Shown in pieces: positions 54,170 through 64,000 of a DNA stretch of 64,000 nucleotides. How positions within the stretch are numbered: the stretch's first letter is position 1; every line of letters begins with the position of its first letter. The stretch is from the human T2T-CHM13v2.0 reference genome, Homo sapiens. The stretch lies in NCBI RefSeq assembly GCF_009914755.1, contig NC_060928.1. One strand, written 5' to 3'. Position numbers and translations under genes: made by a program. The notes beneath the pieces are model-generated. The model ran no database searches. It saw only the letters and a list, made by a program, of their open reading frames with translations, and was not told the DNA's origin.

Positions 54170-54990
54170 ATTGCAGTGAGATATGATATGGCTTAGATTA
54201 GGGCTTTAGACATGAAGATGGAGTGAAGTGAACCAATTTCAATCTCAAGTCCTTAGGATTTTTTTTCTGATCAGTCTGATCTAAGGTAAGGAAAAGAGGG
54301 AATCCAAGATTTTTTGTATTTTACTTGAATGACTTGGTGGGTTTTTGTGCCTCTTACTGAGAGAAAAATGACTAGGGAAGAAATATTTTGGGTAGGGGTT
54401 GAACAGAGTTCTTTTTGGTATTGTTACTGTTGAATTGCCTAATAAACACCCACATGGACATGTCGAATAAACAGATGAATGTTAGAGTCTGAAGTTCCAA
54501 GCTAAGTTAGGGCTTGAAATTCAGCTTTTGGAGTCACTGGCATCTAGATGACATGTAGTGCCACAAGTTTGAAATGTGAAAAAGTCATTTTATGGGACTT
54601 TGTTCATTTAAAATATAAGGGATCTCAGAACAAGATCCTGTGTGAGTATTCTCCAAAAATACAGGCTGAACCTCAGAAAAGGTGCCAGCAAAGAAATTGG
54701 AAAACCAGAGTCAATAGTATTCTATTAAGGCAAATAAAAAAAACTAGAAAGTATGGTGTCATAAAAGTTAGACCAGAAAATATTTCAAGAAGGAGAATGA
54801 GGTCAATCAAATTTGAACAGAAAGGTGGCAGACAACTAGATTTGAATACATTTGTGTCGTCGGTGGTCTTAAGCAAAGTTGTTTAATTGGAAGGTTTGAG
54901 AATAAGTTTCATTTGGAGAAGTGTGCAGAGAAAATGTTAGGTGTGTGAGTGGAGATAACAATAAAAGACATATTTTCAAGAGGTTTCACT
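54170..54990 (-). mobile_element. L2 fragment
   Basis: GAGTTCTTTTTGG...GTTGAATTGCCTAATAAACACCCACATGGA...TTTTGGAGTCACTGGCATCTAGATG. Confidence 0.6.
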
Positions 54991-55000
54991 GTGAATGTGA

Positions 55001-55149
55001 GTTAGTAAGGATACTAGATCAAATACAGAATTGCCAAGTTAAATTTGAATTAGAAATAGTCAATATATACTTTTTATTTTTTTGGTATAAGTATGTCCCG
55101 TGTGTATTGTGTATTGCTCTATTTTTACGTGCTAAATCTGCCAACCTTA
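55001..55149. mobile_element. MER33-like hAT-Charlie fragment
   Basis: AAATACAG...CAAGTTAAATTTGAATT...TATAAGTATGTCCC...GCTAAATCTGCCAACCTTA. Confidence 0.65.
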
Positions 55150-55244
55150 AGTTAAAGAGGATTTGTTTTCTTAAGACTGGAAGTAATAACATGTATATTG
55201 TTTTTATTGTTTTTAGAAGATCTTGTAGGGAGACAGAATGATGA

Positions 55245-55588
<344 letters not shown>

Positions 55589-56096
55589 TAGATGTTTCAA
55601 ATAACTATTGAATGGGACCCAGAGCACAAGAAGTGAGGTCAGCTTTGAGAAAAATGGGACATTTCTCACATAATAACTGAAAGTAAAGCCAATTATGTAA
55701 CCAGATGCACAAAGACAGGAAATTTGAGTGAAGGAAAGATCAGAAAATGTCTACTTAAATCCTTTCTTTTAAACTTAAATATGACCAAAGTCATCCTTAA
55801 TCTTATCTAAATAATAACATTCACTAAGTCACTGGTGTGTTATATTAGTTTACATAATTGAAAATATTAAATAAATGTATATGTGATTTAATTGATATTT
55901 TTACAATATAATGCTTATTTGGCCAGTTAGGTAAATACACTGGCCATTGCAATGACATCGAAAGATTCTACATCTAGTAAATCAGTCTCTTTAAAGTCTT
56001 GCTCATGTTTAGGATTGCCTATGTTTAGTGGATTCATTTTACTTTGCTGTCTATTATATTATTTTATTAGATGGTTATATTTAAATTGTACAAAAA

Positions 56097-56388
<292 letters not shown>

Positions 56389-56670
56389 TAAATTGTACAA
56401 AAATATTTTTAAGAGTTTTCCATTACATATTAATTTTAATGCATCTAAATCATGCATGTCAACGTAGCACATTAGTGTCTTCATGAATAATATACACACA
56501 CCTTGTATATCATAATGAGATATTTGTAGGCATAAATGAAATCAATAGCTAATGCTTATTGTCAGTATTTTATAGATATGTGTACATATATATTATCCAC
56601 ATATATACATATATATTTTGTCTACAAAATATTGTGTGTGTATATATATTACCTACCTATATATTGTCTA

Positions 56671-56672
<2 letters not shown>

Positions 56673-56702
<30 letters not shown>
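56673..56702. repeat. (GT)n microsatellite
   Basis: Pure GT run preceded by a TA-rich low-complexity tract. Confidence 0.95.
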
Positions 56703-56705
<3 letters not shown>

Positions 56706-57564
56706 GTAAACAAAATAACAGCATAACCACCACAGGTGAAACAGGTCTACTTAAGTATGCAGAGGCTAAGGAAATTCAAGTAGATCATATTTGCTGGAGG
56801 GAAGAAAACCTGTTTGCTTTGACTAAACATGGAGTTTACCGAGTTTTCACACATGGCTAGCCCCTTCTTTTTAGATCAGAGGAATCTCATTATTTACTTG
56901 TATGGTGTCAAACAGATCTATGTTTGAAACCTAACTCCAAAATTTATTTTTGTGTAACTTTAGGGAGGTAATTTCTTTGATCTCAAGTTTTCCATTCTGT
57001 GTAACAGGGATAAAAACACCTATGTGAGCCTAATTTGAGGATGAAAAGATAAAAAAGGTGGAACCAGACAATATGTCTGGTACATAAACTCAATGTGTAC
57101 CAACTAGAGCAACTGCTAATCAGAGCCTGCTATAGGACAGGTATTGCAATAGGCACCGCATATATATTAATTTAATCCTTGACTAAACTGCTGCACTAGT
57201 TCTGTGTGAATAGAGACTGCCATGTTGTCTGGCCAGCATTTCCCTGGCTCATATTTAAAAATAAGTTGTTGAATGAAGTGATTAAAATGAAAAAAAACCT
57301 GTGAAGGGACATTGTAATCAGTATTGCACAGATGGGGAAACCAAATGAGTGAAGGGTGAATAAATTCACCAGCCAGGGAGTGATGGAGCAAGAATCTGAA
57401 AACAAGCTTAGCTCACTCCACATTCATGGTGTTCACTACCATGCTAGTAAGTCCACAACCAATAGAAAATAGAGTTATCTGTTAAATTAAAAAAATTTGG
57501 TAATATTTACTAGATCAGACAGTACTTTACCTCTAGTGAAACAATGAAGGTTAAAGAAGAATAG

Positions 57565-57951
<387 letters not shown>

Positions 57952-60900
57952 TGAAACATATTTCTAGTTAGTGAATATCCTTTTGGGGGTGGGGGGGGTG
58001 GAGTTGAGCACTGGGAGAGATTGATAATGATAAATTAGGAGATCCTCTGCCCCCAACTAAGACAAATAGAGCTTGAATTAAGGCTTTTTGTTCTTTTTTT
58101 TATTTCTGTGACATTTTTGAATTATGCTATAGACTTTACCTTATCCAGGGATTGTCAGAAAATATATTTAGAGGTCCAGAAAGGGAAATTCAGTTAGTTT
58201 TGTTCTGAGAAATGTGAATGAACTGGCTAACTCTGGGAATCTTGTCTGTATTTCAGTTACCTTTTTACCATACTGTTTATGAATTGCATGCTGGTGGGAA
58301 CATGAAGTCCCAGGGCCATATTTCCACTTGCTCAGCCAACCCCAGGGTCTATTTTTTGTCCCAACTTGCCACAATAACATGAGAGACAGTGTAGTATAAC
58401 AAAAAGCATATAAGCTGTGGAGTTATACAGAGGGAAGTACCACATTAATTATTTTTACATTGATAACCGGAAGCAAGTTTTAAAGTTTATGAGAATTTTC
58501 TTGCTTTCAGTACACATTCAAGTACGAAATAGAAAACCAGAATTTGTCTGTTTGGCTTTCTATCTATTAATGTATTTATTCAGCCACTGGAAAAGAGCAA
58601 CTTACAATACACTAGGATTTGACACATATTCTTAAACATTTGTTTCATCAGCTTAACGGAGATTGGAAGGATATTGTCATAGGGAAAATATACTATGATT
58701 ACATACAATGAGTCATCAACCAGCAATGCCATTCCACAGGTATGTCAGGTATAGTTATTTTGTTATTCTTAGAAGACATTATTAAATATCTTATATGGAT
58801 GAACTCTGGTAAGGAAAGAAGAAAATTAATGAGGTCATTTAGCCAGTGGGCTATTTAGAAATCAGTTGGTTCCTAATTGACAACTTCCCAGGTGTTTTGC
58901 TGTGTTTAACTGATCATATTTAAGCTAAACACTTGAAATTCAATCCCCATTTAATTCCATGCTGACTCGTATGCTGAGCCCAAGCTACAGTACAATATAC
59001 AGAATCGAACTTGATGGAATTGGCCACTTGATTGAATTGTGCTGTGATTTTGGACCATTCTTAACTTTCTCAATAACGAATGTACTTCAAGATTGCAGCG
59101 AAATGATTAGTGGCGTAGTCATTTTGTCCAGACAAAATGGTCAATAAATCAATCTAATAGTGAATATTTACTAACTGATTGACTTAAGCCTAACGTTGTA
59201 CAAAATTTTAGTTAGGGGCTCAAAGCATTTTTTCCTCTCACAAATTCTGAGTTCCTTTCCTTCTCTCCTACAGCCCTTTTTCACAAATACTACTCACTAC
59301 ATTTGCTCTAGTATAGGCATCAGTAAAACACGAATCACTGTCTCTTGCAAAACTTAGCAAGGAAACGTAAGTCCACCATGACTCCCTTAACCTGACCCTG
59401 GGATGCTTGTTTTACAATCAAAATAAGAGGGTAAGGAAGCCCCCAGAGGTGGGAGGGCGCTTTCCTCTGTGTCCAGCTTTTACCAAATGAGCATTATTCA
59501 ACAAAGATAACTGCCTAGACAATTGGTACAGGCTTGGAAAACTTCAGAAACCCAGACACAAGCACGGGAATGAAACTCATTAAACCTAACTACTTTAACC
59601 AAGTGGTTTGACAGCAGCTCCTTCTTTGAAACTCATAATAATTAGGCAGAACATAAGACTTCTTTATAAAGAAGGCTTTCTCTGCTCTTCACTGCTGACC
59701 TAGAATTTGAAAGATGTTTCAACATATACTGGCTCTTCAGAGCAAACTTGGTTCCACTGATGTATTTTTTTTCCCCTTTGCACAAGGGAGATCAGCGTAA
59801 ACCCCAGCGCTTTTGCTAATTCCCAGTGGAGCACAGACACCTGGAAGAAAGACATAATTTTTAGCACCTACATATTTCCAATGGCAAGAGCAGGAGAGAA
59901 AGACAATCATTGAGACCAAGAGGAGGAAAAGATTAATAAGTGCTGCCGTCACTGCAGGAAAAATAATTTTTCAAAACAACAACAGTAAAAAGTGCCTCTA
60001 GGATAGTTACGCTCTGTTCTCCTTTCTTCTACTAAAAAGGAAAAACACAGCAAAACAGAGAAGCAAAAGAGGACTGGAAGAAGAGATAAATGAAATAACA
60101 GGTCAAGCTCCTGGAGTTGCTTTTTTAAAAAAGGAAAAACTGAAAGGATAAGATAATTTAATTTCTTATTTTTCATGTATTATATATGTGCAGGTATTTG
60201 TGACTGGGCCATGTGAATGTTATATATCTGGGTAGAAAACAGCCCTGGCTATAAAAATAGATTATTCACACAGGAGTTTATGTACTCCAAGTCATTTGTG
60301 TGCTACAGACTGTCAAGTGTAGGCTTTTTAAAATACAGATTCCAAAGCAAAACTATAAAAAGAACAGTAGTCAAGTAATCGATTTAGAAAAAAGAAACAA
60401 AACATGATCCTTTGTAACTACTCTCTACTAAGATCTATTATTTATGTGTTCCTCTCTGGCATGTATTATTTTCCCTGAAAATATGATTATTTGTTTCCCT
60501 GTGTGTGTCTTAGTTTGAAAATCGAGAGTGATTAACTCTACATATTTTTCTAGAGGTATTCACTATGTAAAAATGAACTGGTCTGATAGTAGTTACATTC
60601 ATTTTAATATAAACAATCACTGTGGTGTTTGTTTCTCTTCTATATATTTTCCCCATTTTCAAAGGATCTTCTGGAATTGTCATTAGAGACTTTGTGTATG
60701 ACTGCAAGAATTTGGTTTTTAAAAAGACCACACTCATATTGATATACTTAAGTTATAGTAATTCTGTTAACGAAAATTAGTCTGCCTGTCTCTGATACTG
60801 CTTTTAAAAAAAAATTATAAAAAGATATTAGCTCAGGTTGAATATTCACTAGTTTTAGATCTTATAATTACTTGATAATATATTTCATGTATTAATATGA

Positions 60901-62304
60901 AGAGACTTATACAATAGTCCTGGATGCTTCAAATTATCATCTTGGAAAGAGAAAAAAATTAAGCTGCCTGCAGCCTCAGAACAGACTTTTCTTCCTAGTC
61001 TGCCCACAGAAGCAATGCTGCAGAGAGATAAAAGTGACACTCAGTGATTTAATTATTGCTCCACTCCTCATTACATATGTGGCTTAATATAGCATACAGA
61101 TAGCAGAGATGACAGTATAGATAGTCGGTTTGCTCCTCTTGCAACCTACAGTATACTCAGGCTCATAAATACAGCTCTCAATTTATTATGTTGCTACAAA
61201 AAAGCCCACATTTCTCTGGAAGGAGAAAGTGATACTCAGATACTATACTGCCAGTTTTACTAACATGTGGCACTCTGAGGGAATGCCCACAAACTTCCAC
61301 ACGTGATATTTTAAGTGTTTGCATAATGAGTCAAAATGTAGCCTTGTTGAGTATGTCCTTAGGAATTATCACAATATTCTAGAATTGTGTATTTGCAAAG
61401 GACATGCGATGTTACCAGATCGCGTGTATTTTAGCGTTACTAAATGAAGAGGATTGTGAATATCCCCTCAGTGATTAATGCTAATTGCTAATCACTCTTC
61501 TTGTTTTAACTGAAATTTCTCACATTGCTGCTTAAAACTTATTTCTAGACTTCTGATGTTTGCAAATGATTGGCCAGTCTGTCTGAGATTCCTCTGCTCT
61601 ATCCATCTTCCTAACAAAGAGTTCTTATCATGACACTACATTTTATCAGGAAAGAATCAGTGTGTGTTTTCAATGCCTGCAAAATGAAGTCCAGATTTTT
61701 CGAGGGTCTGCTTTCAAACCACAGCTGACCATTCCTTCTCTCTCTCTCTCTCTCTCACTATTTTTGTACTCTAAAATGTATCAGGTTGCCCCTTTCTCTC
61801 CTCTGTGGTCTTCATGCACACGTCTGTGTGTGTTGTGTGATGATCATGCTGTTTCACTGGCCTAGAATTTTTCACTGTCATCCACTTCCATCACTTTCCG
61901 TGTGAGCAAATCTAGTCTTTCCTTCAAGATTCTTTTAAAAATGCACCAGCATTAGTTTACTTATTCTATTAATTTAATGAACATTCATAGGCAACCACCA
62001 TGCGACAGGCGTGGTGGCAGGTATGACAGACACAATGATACATCAGCTGGACTCAGTGCTTGCCCACTGGCTACTTACAGAATAGGAATAGTTCTTCCCC
62101 TAACAATTCTACCACTGAATGGGATTTCTTCATTTTTGTATTTCCCTAGCATTGCATTTATATCTTTACAAACCTTTCTAATTTTCTACCAGAGTCCATT
62201 TTGCTTTCTATCTCATGTGTGTGTAACACATACATGCACACACACATATGCATACATGGATACTAAATTTATATTTATATTCCTATTTAAATGCCTCTTT
62301 CCAG

Positions 62305-62770
62305 TTATCTGTTATGGTCTAAAAAATACCCCAAGCTTCATGTCTTAAAACAGCCATAATTTTATGTCTCGTAATTTTATGAAGCAGGAATTTAGGCAAG
62401 GCATTAGCACCGATGACTCACCTGTCTTCTATGATGTTTCCTGACTCTGCTGAGACGGCTAAAATTCTTAGGAGCTGAAAAGTCCAGGGATCAAGCAAAC
62501 ATTTTTTTCTGTCTCTCTCCACGTAGCTTCTTCATTGTAGCTATTTGGGCTTCCTTATAATATGGTATCCTCAGGTAAGCTAAAGTTCTCACAATGCTAC
62601 TCAGGGATTCAAAGACGAGGGTTCCAAACAGTCCAAATAGAACCAGAAACTGTCTCATGACCAGACATCAAAAGTCATTTCTTCCACATTCTATTGTTGA
62701 GGCCAATCAAGAAGGCTACCCTAGATTCAGAGTGAGGGGAATTAGATTTACCTCTTAATGACAGGACTAC
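62305..62770 (-). mobile_element. Old MLT1 LTR (truncated)
   Basis: CAGGAATTTAGGCAAGGC...GGGCTTCCTTATAATATGG...TTTCTTCCACATTCTATTG...GGGGAATTAGATTTACCTCTTAATG. Confidence 0.65.
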
Positions 62771-63472
62771 CAATGTAGGACTACATATGTACTATGTATC
62801 CTTAAGCTACATAGTACATACCTTGTCTTTTCTAATAGACAAAACATCTTTGGGGACAAGGTCTGTCTCATTAATCTTTGTGTCACCTCCAGGTGAATTA
62901 ATATTAATTGACATTAGTTGCCACAACAAACTTCACGTTCTCTGTGACTTAATATTACAAAAGTTAATTTTTTATTTATAATGCATTTCAGTCCTTATCT
63001 TCCACCCTTAAATAGATCCCAGTGTCTATACTAGTTATGAGCGTCTCTGCATGGGTCTCGTCCAAGCACTCACTCACTCAGGATGTGGGCTGCTTCCAAC
63101 TTGTAGTTAAGCAACCCAAGGCAGTGACCTCTGTGTAACCACAACAGGGGAATAGGGTTGTATGGGATTCTGTGGAGTGTTTTATGGGTGCATAGGTTAC
63201 ATCACTTCTCCTCTCATCATTTTGGCTTAAATGTAGTTACACGGTCTCTAAGTGGAAAAGAGCCTGGGAAATATCAAGGAACACGCAAATATTTGAACTA
63301 GCAATTTCTGTCACACAAACTATTTTGTTTTCTTCTTTCTCTTTGGTCACTGGGTCTAGTCTAACATCAAGACTGTCTGGATGGTTCAAAATCCTTTTCA
63401 TCAGCTTAATCATCATGTGAAAATATGTTCCTCTTCTTAATCCATTGATTCATACACTAAAAGAGGAACATT

Positions 63473-63823
<351 letters not shown>

Positions 63824-64000
63824 CTAATATATACTTATCTACTGGTGGGGCAGGACATCCTAACCACGTTAAACCCTACCATTTGCAAAAGGTCAGTCCT
63901 GTTCCTGTTCTCTTGGAGGAAGTTTGTTTTCATTTATCTCAGAGGTACTTGACTTTAATTTGTGAGTTATTTTGCTGCTAACCATTGTGGCCAAATCTGG

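Overview
AT-rich, CpG-poor primate nuclear DNA, very probably human, because an Alu with all five AluYa5 diagnostic changes sits at 25205-25510. It looks intergenic or deep-intronic. I see no credible protein-coding gene, CpG island, tRNA or CRISPR array. The supplied ORFs are microsatellite, Alu, L1, LTR or Tigger1 read-throughs or chance ORFs. Much of the window is recognisable transposable-element DNA: Alu, L1, L2, MIR, THE1/MST/MLT LTRs, a decayed ERVL provirus, a near full-length Tigger1 and hAT fossils. I cannot support a novel gene system. The interesting signal is structural: (i) a ~150 bp mitochondrial 16S rRNA fragment (NUMT) inside a THE1 LTR; (ii) an apparently twin-primed L1PA insertion carrying an inverted, separately polyadenylated 3' transduction between 14-bp TSDs; (iii) several locally templated insertion and fold-back scars, many at TA-rich tracts (743-1191, 2617-2751, 20515-20640, 22248-22638, 62763-62820); (iv) an older L1 3' fragment captured inside a younger Tigger1. 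Repeat family names come from recalled consensus sequences, not a database search, and boundaries of old elements are approximate.
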